64,000 nt of DNA from an uncultured Clostridia bacterium (GTDB lineage: Bacteria > Bacillota > Clostridia > Christensenellales > CAG-917). The translations under genes and the position numbers were made by a program. Positions 1-8,519 of the stretch are shown here, in pieces. The notes under the pieces were generated by a model. That model was not told the DNA's origin. It worked only from the letters and a program-made list of their open reading frames with translations, and did not search any database. Positions within the stretch are counted from its first letter, which is position 1. Every line of letters starts with the position of its first letter. The stretch lies in contig CALVTH010000004.1 of NCBI GenBank assembly GCA_944360115.1, forward strand, positions 3,330-67,329, in the 5' to 3' direction.

Positions 1-1032
1 ACTCTCGGCGTGGGCATGTTCGTCGTTATGTTGCTGTTTATGGCGTGGTCGCTCACCACTTCGATATTCACCGACTACACCGCGGAATTCGAGGACATAG
101 TGCTGGTCACCAATGTGCCCGCCAATGTGGACACCGACTCTTTCGCCGCCCAGTCCGACAGCGTACGCGAAGCCTATCTTATGGTGTGGCGGCAGGCGCA
201 GCTTTCCGGCGAGGGATTCGACGGCATGACAATGAACATACTCGGCTCGGCGGAAGCCGTCAATCTCGTCGATTTCGGTTATATAACCCCGCGCGAGGAG
301 GTGGTCGCGGCGCTCGGGTCCGACGATTGCGTGGTGCTGGACTATTCCATGGCGCAGTTGTACGGGGTGAGCGTCGGCGACAAGGTAACGCTTGCGGTCG
401 ACGGCGTGCAGCACGAATTTACGGTGGGTGGACTGGTGTCGCACGAACTGTTCACGGGACACTATGTCATAGTTTCGCACGAGACCCTCACCGCGGCGTA
501 CGGCATAAACCCCGACACCGTCGTCCTGCGCGTGACGGGCGACGCGGGCTTTGCCGCCGAGGAAATAAGGAGCGTTTTCGCGCAGTACAACTACTACGCC
601 GTGCCCGCGCTCGAAGCGTACAGGTGGGATTTGCAGTCGCTGGACAGCGTGTTCAACCTCATCGGGGCGTTGGCGTTCATTCTCGGCGCGTTGACTTTCG
701 TGATAGCGGCGGCGGGAGTGGTGCTGGGCAGGACGCACTCCGAAAACGCGCGTTCGTCGTTGATGTGCGCGGGTATGTCGAAGAGAATGTTGCTGGCTTC
801 CGAGACGGCGGAGCAGGGCGTGGCGAGTCTTTCGGCGTTCCTGCTGGCTCTGCCGCTTTCGGCGCTGGGCGCGCTCAGTCTCGTCAACGCGCTGCAACTG
901 TTCGGTCAATATTTCGGATATATGTACGAAGCGTGGGTGACGGTGACCTCGGGCGCCGTGCTTGCGCTGTTGTTCGTCGCCGTACCCGCGTTGTTCGGGT
1001 TCGCGCGGCGTTACGGAATGAGGAGAATGTGA
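1..1032 (+). CDS. ABC transporter permease, FtsX/MacB-like, C-terminal part (5-prime end outside window)
   Basis: Reading frame of the 10..1032 ORF stays open to base 1. C-terminal cluster of hydrophobic helices (ALAFILGALTFVIAAAGVVLG, SAFLLALPLSALGALSLV, AVLALLFVAVPALFGF) fits an FtsX-type permease domain. Confidence 0.55.
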   Translation, partial: TLGVGMFVVMLLFMAWSLTTSIFTDYTAEFEDIVLVTNVPANVDTDSFAAQSDSVREAYLMVWRQAQLSGEGFDGMTMNILGSAEAVNLVDFGYITPREEVVAALGSDDCVVLDYSMAQLYGVSVGDKVTLAVDGVQHEFTVGGLVSHELFTGHYVIVSHETLTAAYGINPDTVVLRVTGDAGFAAEEIRSVFAQYNYYAVPALEAYRWDLQSLDSVFNLIGALAFILGALTFVIAAAGVVLGRTHSENARSSLMCAGMSKRMLLASETAEQGVASLSAFLLALPLSALGALSLVNALQLFGQYFGYMYEAWVTVTSGAVLALLFVAVPALFGFARRYGMRRM

Positions 1033-1033
1033 T

Positions 1034-2914
1034 ATGACGGAGAAGGATTCCGCCGTGAAGAAAACGGGCAGACGCGCCGCGGGGAAGGCGGCGTTGCTCG
1101 TCGTCACGCTGTTGCTCGTGACGGCGATTGCGGCGACGGCGCTCGTCGCCTGCAAACCCAAAAATCCGCCTTCCGCCGACCGGATAACGCGAGAAGAGGC
1201 GGTCTCCGCTTTCGTCAACAACGCCGTCGCGGCGGCGGGAGAGGGGTGGAAAACGGATATGTCCGCCGCCGAAGCCGCCGCGCTTGACAGTCCGTCGGCT
1301 TATATCGTGGCTTCGGCGTGGATAGAACGCGCGGGCGCGCTGATGTCCGGTATGTCGACGCTTTCCACCGGCAAAATCAAAGCGCTTTCCGACTATATGA
1401 CGACCGACGACGCGAAATCACTTCTGCGCTCGTCGTTCGACTTCGAGAAACTGGTGAAAGCGTTTTCCGACAGCGGTCTGACCTCCGCCGACACGCAGGA
1501 AATAATCTTCGCCCTGCTCAGGGAACTTGCCGACGGCGAGGAGATATTTGCCGCCATAGGCGACTCACTCGACGCGGCCGCCGCCTGCGCGTCGGGCACT
1601 CGGCTTGCGGACATAGAAAACACCCGCACCGCCGTAAGCGCCTTGCTCTCCGCGTATTCCGGCAACGACGGCATTGCCGACAGCATACAGGAGGCAAAGA
1701 CGGGGATATGTGCCCTGGTGGATATGGCTTATCAGGGAATGTATATGTTCGGCAGCGGCGAGACGGGCGACGGACTTTACGCCATAATCGACGCGATGAA
1801 CGCGGGCGCGCTTTCCGACATAAGCAATGCCGACGCGTACACCTATCTTACATCGTTCCTTTCTCAGGCGGCGGCGTTGCGCGACAAGTTCACCGCCGAC
1901 GAGGTGGCGTTGCTTTCGGACACGCTGGGCAAACTCGACGACGCTTTCGGCGGACTCGCGTTGCCTTCGTCGCTGGGTATCGGCGGAATGCTCGGATATT
2001 TCGGAGAGATGAAATTTGCCGTGGACTGGATGTACTATTCGCTCGACACCGTGTACAACGCGGGCAATGCGCTGCTCAACGAAAGGGACGGGCAGGGCGC
2101 CTACCGTTTCATAGACAGGCTGTTCGATTACGCCGCGGCAAACGGAGAACTCGAGGACGAGACGGCGAAGGAATACAATTCCGCAATACTTTACGCCGAA
2201 CTGGTGCTGGCGGCGGAGAGAGAGGGCGCCTTCGGGAAGAAACTCGCCGCACAGCTTGCCCGTTACGCTTCCGAGACGGATATGGACAATCTCATCAACC
2301 TGTTCGCCTGTTCGGCATTGCTGGACATCTGGGTGTACGAGGGACAGGCGACCGCCATTGAGAATATGATTGAGCCGGAGCAGTACCGCGCCATTTCGAT
2401 AGTGGTGGCGGGCATATATGTCAACAGTTTCAAGAACGCTTATGCGCAGGGACTGGTCAGCGGCAATCACACCAAGACAAAGACGCGCTACAACCAACTG
2501 CGGGAGCGCGCGAAGTCGTTGTGTGAGGAATTCGGTCTCGAAGTGCCGTCGTGGGTGAACAAAGAAGCGCCGTCGTGGGGGAACGAAGAAGAGCCCGCTT
2601 CCGTTTCCGATTGGTACAAAACCGTCGTCGTAAGCGCGGAAAGCCTTGTCAACGACGCCGCCTCTTCCGTTGCGGACGAGACCGTGGACTACAGGCAGGA
2701 CGCCGTGGAGCACATAACGGATGCCGTCGGAAGATTCCTTGCCAGAGACAGCGTGCGCGCTGCGCTGGAGTCGCTTGCCGCCGCGGACTTCGCCACCGCG
2801 GACATGACGGCGGAGGAGCTGGCTGCGTGGACGAAGACGATGGAAGGGTACAAGGACGCGTTCATGCCGTTGTGGAATTATAAAGGCAACGCGTCGGCGG
2901 CGCAAAACGCTTGA
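1034..2914 (+). CDS. hypothetical lipoprotein (626 aa), function unknown
   Basis: AGGAGA RBS before ATG 1034, 1 nt after the upstream stop. Signal peptide ends in the lipobox LVAC. GC3-rich codons. No family recognised. Confidence 0.6.
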   Translation: MTEKDSAVKKTGRRAAGKAALLVVTLLLVTAIAATALVACKPKNPPSADRITREEAVSAFVNNAVAAAGEGWKTDMSAAEAAALDSPSAYIVASAWIERAGALMSGMSTLSTGKIKALSDYMTTDDAKSLLRSSFDFEKLVKAFSDSGLTSADTQEIIFALLRELADGEEIFAAIGDSLDAAAACASGTRLADIENTRTAVSALLSAYSGNDGIADSIQEAKTGICALVDMAYQGMYMFGSGETGDGLYAIIDAMNAGALSDISNADAYTYLTSFLSQAAALRDKFTADEVALLSDTLGKLDDAFGGLALPSSLGIGGMLGYFGEMKFAVDWMYYSLDTVYNAGNALLNERDGQGAYRFIDRLFDYAAANGELEDETAKEYNSAILYAELVLAAEREGAFGKKLAAQLARYASETDMDNLINLFACSALLDIWVYEGQATAIENMIEPEQYRAISIVVAGIYVNSFKNAYAQGLVSGNHTKTKTRYNQLRERAKSLCEEFGLEVPSWVNKEAPSWGNEEEPASVSDWYKTVVVSAESLVNDAASSVADETVDYRQDAVEHITDAVGRFLARDSVRAALESLAAADFATADMTAEELAAWTKTMEGYKDAFMPLWNYKGNASAAQNA

Positions 2915-2938
2915 CTGTTCCGCGCGCCGTGTTATAAT
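2911..2938 (+). promoter_or_regulatory. sigma-A-type promoter (TTGACT, 16 nt, TGtTATAAT)
   Basis: TTGACT at 2911-2916 overlaps the upstream stop codon. Extended -10 TGTTATAAT ends at 2938. Confidence 0.5.
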
Positions 2939-3003
2939 TGAATCGTTCCCATACGATGACCGCAGGTCGGAGTGCAAGACGATTATCGCCGTAATGCAAT
3001 CAC

Positions 3004-3032
3004 CGCCATTCCGTAGGGAGTGGCGTTTTTTT
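3004..3032 (+). terminator. intrinsic terminator/attenuator hairpin immediately upstream of the RBS of the next gene
   Basis: CGCCATTCC-GTA-GGGAGTGGCG stem (9 bp, one bulge) followed by T7. GGAG RBS at 3033 and ATG at 3042 follow directly. Confidence 0.55.
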
Positions 3033-3041
3033 GGAGAAAAT

Positions 3042-3290
3042 ATGAAAAGAATAGGCGTTGTGGGAATCGTCGTCACGGGCGGCAAGGAAGTCGTTCTCGA
3101 AATGCAGAGCGTGCTGAGCGACTTCGCCGACATCATCATCGGGCGTATGGGCGTGCCGAGAGCGGAAGGCAACGCAATCGCTCTCATAGTCGAAGGCGCG
3201 ACGGAAAGAGTGTCGGCGCTCACGGGCAGACTGGGGCAGTTCCCCTCCCTCACCGTGAAATCCGCTATGACCTCTTTCGAAGTGGAATAA
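3042..3290 (+). CDS. small ACT/NikR-C-like protein of the TM1266 ('iron-only hydrogenase system regulator') family
   Basis: 82 aa starting MKRIGVVGIVVTGGKEVVLEMQSVLSDFADIIIGRMGVPRAEGNAIALIVEGATERVSALTGRLGQFPSLTVKSAM. This matches my recollection of the TM1266/TIGR03959 pattern (IGVIGIIV...GRMGIP...ALIVDG...GALTGKLG...VKVKSA). GGAG RBS. Confidence 0.6.
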   Translation: MKRIGVVGIVVTGGKEVVLEMQSVLSDFADIIIGRMGVPRAEGNAIALIVEGATERVSALTGRLGQFPSLTVKSAMTSFEVE

Positions 3291-3391
3291 TCCGCAAAAC
3301 ACCTGTTTAGATCGCGGAAAAGTTCTTCTGCCTTTCGCGTCGCGCGGCAGCGATACGGAATAAATTTGCGCCATCGCGGCGCGGAGGTTTT

Positions 3392-4396
3392 ATGAACGAC
3401 ATTCTGAAAAAGGTTTTCGTTGTGGCAACCGTCGCGGCATTGATTGCCGCGCTGGCGGTCGGGCTTGCCGCCTGCAATCCCGACGGGAAGGAAGACGGCG
3501 ACGGCGACGCGTCCGTCACCGTGAAATATTACGCCGACGGCGCCGCCGTGCAAGCCGCGCTCACCGCGGGACAAATCGACTACGGCATAGTGGGCGAGCC
3601 CGCCGCAACCGCGGGACAGGGCAAGGGTTTCTCCGTGGTCATGGACCTGCAAAGCGAGTTTGACAAGGCGACTGGCGGCACGAGCGGATTCCCGATGTCC
3701 AGCACTTTCGTCAGGAGCGAGCTTGCCGCCGACAAGACATTCGTCGACGCCTTTCTCGCCGTGCTCGAAGACAACCTCGACTATATTTCCGCGCACGCGT
3801 CCGAGATGACCGCGCTTCTGAAGGCGGCGGGCAGCGCTTCGGCGTATCCTGCGGCAAGCGTGCCCAAATGCAATGTCGGAGTGTATATGGACGACGCGCT
3901 GAAAGCCACCGTCGCCGATATGCTCGCCACGCTCAATTCCGTGAGCAATGTGCCCGACAGCGTCTATTACGACGAGGCGGCGGCGACCGAACAGGGCGGC
4001 GGCAGCGGCACTCTCGAACTTTATGTGCCCGACGGCGCACCCGTGCTCGCGGTTGCCAAACTCATCGCCGAAGCCGACACGCTGACTGTTGCGGGCTACA
4101 AAATCAATGTCAACATCGTGTCCGCCACCGAGATAGCGGGCAAAATAGCCACGAGGGCGGGCGACATCGTCATCATGCCCGCAAACGGCGGCGCAAATCT
4201 CGTGGTCAAGGGAGAGCCGTACAAATTTCTTTGCTCCAACACCAAGGGCATACTCTATATGATTTCCGATTCCGCGGGTACCGTCACCCCCGCCGACCTC
4301 AAGGGCAAGACCGTGGGGTGCATAGGGCAGGGCGCCGTGCCGCAGTACGCTTTCGAGAAAATCCTTTCCGCAAGCGGACTCACCGTGGGAAAATAA
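3392..4396 (+). CDS. ABC transporter substrate-binding lipoprotein, NMT1/SsuA (NitT/TauT) type
   Basis: GGAGG RBS and lipobox LAAC. SsuA/NMT1-like motifs present (AALTAGQIDYGIVGEP, DLKGKTVGC, YAFEKILSASGL). Followed by a cognate permease and ATPase. Confidence 0.75.
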   Translation: MNDILKKVFVVATVAALIAALAVGLAACNPDGKEDGDGDASVTVKYYADGAAVQAALTAGQIDYGIVGEPAATAGQGKGFSVVMDLQSEFDKATGGTSGFPMSSTFVRSELAADKTFVDAFLAVLEDNLDYISAHASEMTALLKAAGSASAYPAASVPKCNVGVYMDDALKATVADMLATLNSVSNVPDSVYYDEAAATEQGGGSGTLELYVPDGAPVLAVAKLIAEADTLTVAGYKINVNIVSATEIAGKIATRAGDIVIMPANGGANLVVKGEPYKFLCSNTKGILYMISDSAGTVTPADLKGKTVGCIGQGAVPQYAFEKILSASGLTVGK

Positions 4397-4476
4397 GCCA
4401 AAAAGCGTTCGCTCCGCCGTCGCCGCGCCCGTCGCGGACGACGGGGCGGGCGCAACCGAACGGAGACGGACGGACA

Positions 4477-5247
4477 ATGACCGACAAAAAGGCTGTCGCC
4501 AAAAAAGTAATCGCCAACATCCTGTATCCCGTCGCGGCTTTCGCGGCGGTGCTCGGCATGTGGGCGATTGTCGCGGCGGTCAAGGATTTGCCCCTCGTGT
4601 TCCCGTCCGTGGGAGAGATTTTCCGCGCCCTCGGACAACTGCTCGGCAGCGGAGCAAAGTGGCTGGCGATAGGCAACACGCTCGGGCGCATAATCGCCGC
4701 GTTCCTGCTGTCGGCGGCGTTCGGCGTCGCGCTGGCGGTACTGGGGCAGGCGTGGCTGCCCGTGCGGAAGTTCATGCGTCCCGTCGTCACCGTGTTGCAG
4801 TCCGCGCCCACAATGGCAGTCATACTGCTCGCCGTGGTGTGGCTGGACGATTCCGAGGTGCCTTTGCTCGTCGGATTTCTGGTGTGTTTCCCTTTGCTGT
4901 ACAACACCTGCTGCGACGCGCTCGACAGTGTGGACGGCGAACTGCTGGAAATGGCGAAAGTCTACGGCGTCAGAAAGCGCGACAGGCTGACGGGCATATA
5001 CATTCCCACCATGTTCCCCGTGTTCGTGGACGGGTCGCGCAGCGCGGTTTCGCTGTGCGTGAAGGTGGTCATCGCCGCCGAGGTGCTGGCGCAGACGACG
5101 AGGAGCATAGGCGTCGAAATGCAACGCGAAAGCGTTATGTTCGAAATCGCCGATTTGCTGGCGTGGACGGTGGTGGCGATTGTGCTAAGTTTCCTTATGG
5201 AAGGACTGGTGACTCTGGTGGGCACGCTCTGGGAGAAAAGACGGTGA
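4477..5247 (+). CDS. ABC transporter permease (NitT/TauT family, BPD_transp_1)
   Basis: Start MTDKKAV at 4477. The upstream 203 codons of the 3868..5247 ORF overlap the binding-protein gene out of frame. Six hydrophobic segments, including VVIAAEVLAQTTRSIG. Confidence 0.85.
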   Translation: MTDKKAVAKKVIANILYPVAAFAAVLGMWAIVAAVKDLPLVFPSVGEIFRALGQLLGSGAKWLAIGNTLGRIIAAFLLSAAFGVALAVLGQAWLPVRKFMRPVVTVLQSAPTMAVILLAVVWLDDSEVPLLVGFLVCFPLLYNTCCDALDSVDGELLEMAKVYGVRKRDRLTGIYIPTMFPVFVDGSRSAVSLCVKVVIAAEVLAQTTRSIGVEMQRESVMFEIADLLAWTVVAIVLSFLMEGLVTLVGTLWEKRR

Positions 5248-6005
5248 GAGAACTGCGCGACATAACGGTGAAAGGGCTTGCCGTGGCATACGGCGACAGG
5301 GTGGTGTTCGACGGATTCGACGCGGCGTTCGCGGGCGGAAAGGTGTCCGTGGTGCTGGGCGGGTCGGGCGTAGGCAAAACAACGCTGCTCAACGCCGTGG
5401 CGAAGCTGATTCCGTACGGCGGCGAGGTGAACGGCGCGGACGGCGATGTGTCGTACATTTTTCAAAAAGACAGGTTGATACCGCATTTAAGCGTGTATAA
5501 AAACCTTGATTTGGTGCTGAGAGCCAAAATCTCCGACAAAAACGAACGCAGGAAACGCATAGACGAAATGCTTGCGCGGCTGGAGATTATGTCGGAGCGT
5601 GACAAGCTGCCGAGGGAACTTTCGGGAGGGCAGGCGCAACGCGTCGCGCTGGCGCGGGCGTTCCTTTATCCGTCGGAAATCCTGCTTATGGACGAGCCTT
5701 TCCGCGCCCTCGATTACGCGCTCAAACTGCGCCTGTTCGAGCAGTTTTCCGCACTTGAGAAAGAGTCGCCCCGCACGGTGATTTTCGTCACGCACGACAT
5801 AGAAGAGTGCCTGTTGCTCGCCGATGATTATTATGTCCTCGGCGGGTCGCCCGCGCGCATTACGCTGTCGGGCTCGGCGGACATTCCGCGGGAGGAGCGC
5901 AAGGCGGGCGACACCGCCGCGGGCGAGGTGCGCGCCGCGCTGTACGACGCCCTTTCCGACAAAGGCGGCGAAGTGTCGCAAATCCCCGCGGGCGAAAACG
6001 CTTGA
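5244..6005 (+). CDS. ABC transporter ATP-binding protein
   Basis: GTG 5244 overlaps the permease stop (GTGA). Walker [10 protein letters not shown], signature [14 protein letters not shown], Walker B LLMDEPF. Confidence 0.9.
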   Translation: MRELRDITVKGLAVAYGDRVVFDGFDAAFAGGKVSVVLGGSGVGKTTLLNAVAKLIPYGGEVNGADGDVSYIFQKDRLIPHLSVYKNLDLVLRAKISDKNERRKRIDEMLARLEIMSERDKLPRELSGGQAQRVALARAFLYPSEILLMDEPFRALDYALKLRLFEQFSALEKESPRTVIFVTHDIEECLLLADDYYVLGGSPARITLSGSADIPREERKAGDTAAGEVRAALYDALSDKGGEVSQIPAGENA

Positions 6006-6030
6006 CAGCGGGGAGCGCGCTTTATATAAT
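6002..6030 (+). promoter_or_regulatory. consensus promoter for rpmE (TTGACA, 17 nt, TATAAT)
   Basis: TTGACA at 6002-6007 overlaps the ATPase stop codon. TATAAT at 6025-6030. Confidence 0.55.
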
Positions 6031-6102
6031 AAAGAAACTTTATGTCATATACGCGTGAATCGCTGCGCGTGTGGGTGTAAAAATACGAAACAGGAGTCAG
6101 AC

Positions 6103-6309
6103 ATGAAAGAGGGCATCCATCCGGATTATCATACCGTGACGGTTCAATGCGCGTGCGGGCACACTTTCCAGACGGGTACGACCAAAAAGACGGACATTCT
6201 CAAGGTCGAAATCTGCTCGAAGTGCCACCCCTTCTTCACCGGCAAGCAGAAGCTCGTTGACACCGGCGGCCGCGTTGACAAGTTCAAGAAGAGATACAAC
6301 CTCGACTGA
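6103..6309 (+). CDS. rpmE: 50S ribosomal protein L31
   Basis: [27 protein letters not shown]...[28 protein letters not shown] is the canonical L31 sequence with Zn-type cysteines. AGGAG RBS. Confidence 0.95.
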   Translation: MKEGIHPDYHTVTVQCACGHTFQTGTTKKTDILKVEICSKCHPFFTGKQKLVDTGGRVDKFKKRYNLD

Positions 6310-6316
6310 CACGGAT

Positions 6317-6346
6317 ACAGACTGCCGCTGTGCAGTCTGTTTTCTT
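6317..6346 (+). terminator. rho-independent terminator after rpmE
   Basis: ACAGACTGC / GCAGTCTGT 9-bp stem, 6-nt loop, then TTTTCTT. Confidence 0.7.
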
Positions 6347-6389
6347 ACGCGCGCGAGCGCGATTGCGCCGACGGGCGCGTGCACCGCGT

Positions 6390-8519
6390 ATGCAGGATAA
6401 ACTCGATGAAAAGTTTTCGGTGACGGAACACGGTTCCGTCGAAAAGGAGAGTTCTCCCGCGCCGACCGCGGAAGCGGCGGGGGAGAGATTCTCCGTGCCG
6501 TCCGTTTGCGTACAACCGCAGACGGATGTTTGCGCGCGTGTTGATGCATGCGCCGAAAGCGGAAACGCGGACGCGGGCGACAGCCCGATCGCGAGCGTGG
6601 GCGCGGACGAAACGGCGCGCACCGAAAACGGAGACGGGAACGCGTGCGGGAGCAAAGACGGCAAGACGAAGCGCGGCAAGGACGGTTGCGGAGCGGTCAG
6701 GCGCACATCCATAGGCGGGCAGGCGGTGCTCGAAGGCGTCATGATGAAGAGCGCCACCACCGTCGCGACAGCGGTGCGCACGGCGACGGGCGCAATCACC
6801 GTGGAATCCAGACGGTTGAAGCCGCTCTCCGAGAAAAGCGTCTTTTTCAGACTGCCTTTCGTGAGGGGAGTGGTCAATCTGGTGTCGCAGCTGGCTCTGG
6901 GCACGGGAATACTCATGCGTTCGGCGGAGGTGTACGGCGATTTCGCGGAGCCGTCCGCCGCAAGCGAGAAGACCGCGAAGAAACTCAGGATAGACCCCAT
7001 GAAAGTGGTGACGGCGGTGTCGTTGCTGTTGGGACTGGCTCTTGCGATAGGGCTTTTCGTGTTCCTACCCAATTTCCTTGCGGGGCTTATATTCGAGATA
7101 CCCGGGGCACATTATCATCCCGCGTTGTACAGCCTGACGGAGGCCGCCATAATGCTCGCGATATTCGTGGCGTACGTCCTGTCAATCACGCTGATGAAAG
7201 ACATCAGGCGCGTGTTCATGTATCACGGGGCGGAGCATAAGGTCATCAACTGTTACGAGCGCGGGCTCGACCTGACGGTGGAGAACGCGCGCGGGTGTCC
7301 CAAGGCGCACAGCCGTTGCGGGACGACATTCATGTTCATAGTCATCGTCGTCAGCATAGTGGTGTTCGCCCTCGTCAACTGGATGCTGGACGCCGTGGGC
7401 TGGGTGACGGATTCGAGCGTGCTGAACGCACTCATAAAACTGGGCGTCAAACTGCTGTTCCTGCCCGTGGTGGCAGGCATAGCCTACGAGGCGTTGAAAC
7501 TGCTGGCGAAGTCCGACTGTCTGCTGTTCCGCGTGCTTCGCGCGCCGGGAATGTTGTTGCAGAAACTCACCGTCAAAAACCCGACGGACGATATGCTGGA
7601 AGTCAGCATAAAGGCGTTCACTACGGTTATGGCAATGGATGCGGACCCCACGCTGCCGGAGACAAAATTCGTCGTGGAAATGCCCGTGGCGGACGCGCGC
7701 GCCAAACTCAGGGCGATTGCGAAATCGGCGGACGAAAGCGACATCGACTGGATACTCGTCGAGGTGACGGGCAAGAAGCGCGGCGAACTGCCCGCGTTGA
7801 AGGTGCTGTCCAGGGAAGAGTATTTCGCGGCGAAAGCCGTTGCCGAAAAAATGAAAGACGGCGCGCCCCTGCAATACGCCCTCGGCTATACGGAATTTTA
7901 CGGACTGAGACTCGCCGTCTCGCCCGAGGTGCTCATACCGCGCCCCGAGACGGAGGAACTCGCCGAGAAAGTCATAGAGGAAGTGCGCGCGCGCGGCGGA
8001 GGCAGGGTGCTAGACCTTTGCACGGGCAGCGGCGCCGTTGCCGTAGCCGTGGCGGCAAAGACGACGGCGACGGTCACCGCGACGGACATCTCGCCCGCGG
8101 CGGCGGAGACGGCGAGGGCAAACGCTCTGAACAACGGCGTCGCGCTCAGGGTGCTCGTCGGCGATATGTTCGCGCCCGTGGCGGGCGAAGAATTTGACAT
8201 AGTGGTGTCCAATCCGCCGTATGTGACGAGCGCGGAGATGAGGACGCTGGACGAAAGGGTGGCGAAATTCGAGCCGCGTCTCGCCCTCGACGGGGGAGAG
8301 GACGGGCTGAAGTTTTACCGCATAATCGCCGCCGAAGCCGCGCGGCACCTTGCGGACGGCGGAGCCGTTTTCGTCGAAGTGGGAGCGGGGCAGGCGGCGG
8401 CTGTCGCAGCCATGTTCGACGGCTTCGACACGGCGGTGTACAAGGATACGGAAGGAGTGGAGCGCATTGTGGCGGCGCGGTTGTCCGCGGCGTCCGCGAA
8501 GGAAGGAGAGAACAGATAA
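6390..8519 (+). CDS. prmC: fusion protein: DUF1385 membrane domain + release-factor glutamine methyltransferase PrmC/HemK (start uncertain)
   Basis: DUF1385 signature IGGQAVLEGVMMKS plus membrane helices and HGAEHKVINCYE. C-terminal half has LIPRPETE, LDLCTGSGAVAV and the NPPY motif (VVSNPPYV). One uninterrupted frame. The GTG at 6330 lies inside the rpmE terminator, so ATG 6390 or a later GTG is more likely. Confidence 0.8.
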   Translation: MQDKLDEKFSVTEHGSVEKESSPAPTAEAAGERFSVPSVCVQPQTDVCARVDACAESGNADAGDSPIASVGADETARTENGDGNACGSKDGKTKRGKDGCGAVRRTSIGGQAVLEGVMMKSATTVATAVRTATGAITVESRRLKPLSEKSVFFRLPFVRGVVNLVSQLALGTGILMRSAEVYGDFAEPSAASEKTAKKLRIDPMKVVTAVSLLLGLALAIGLFVFLPNFLAGLIFEIPGAHYHPALYSLTEAAIMLAIFVAYVLSITLMKDIRRVFMYHGAEHKVINCYERGLDLTVENARGCPKAHSRCGTTFMFIVIVVSIVVFALVNWMLDAVGWVTDSSVLNALIKLGVKLLFLPVVAGIAYEALKLLAKSDCLLFRVLRAPGMLLQKLTVKNPTDDMLEVSIKAFTTVMAMDADPTLPETKFVVEMPVADARAKLRAIAKSADESDIDWILVEVTGKKRGELPALKVLSREEYFAAKAVAEKMKDGAPLQYALGYTEFYGLRLAVSPEVLIPRPETEELAEKVIEEVRARGGGRVLDLCTGSGAVAVAVAAKTTATVTATDISPAAAETARANALNNGVALRVLVGDMFAPVAGEEFDIVVSNPPYVTSAEMRTLDERVAKFEPRLALDGGEDGLKFYRIIAAEAARHLADGGAVFVEVGAGQAAAVAAMFDGFDTAVYKDTEGVERIVAARLSAASAKEGENR

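Noticed and set aside
45-1037. Arg/Gly-rich alternative-frame ORFs overlapping real genes on the same strand (for example 45..1037, 1318..2361, 8717..9583, 11821..13077, 24182..25348, 26135..27034)
   Set aside because: These are the typical off-frame products of GC-rich coding DNA: runs of R, G, A and P, no motifs and no independent translation signals.
1565-4477. 970-aa minus-strand ORF spanning four plus-strand genes
   Set aside because: Same mirror-frame artefact. It terminates at the single in-frame TCA codon of the lipoprotein gene (1565-1567). It crosses promoters, a terminator and RBSs of the plus-strand genes.
6330-6389. GTG 6330 as the start of the DUF1385-PrmC gene
   Set aside because: That codon sits inside the stem of the rpmE terminator hairpin (6317-6346). 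A downstream start is far more plausible.
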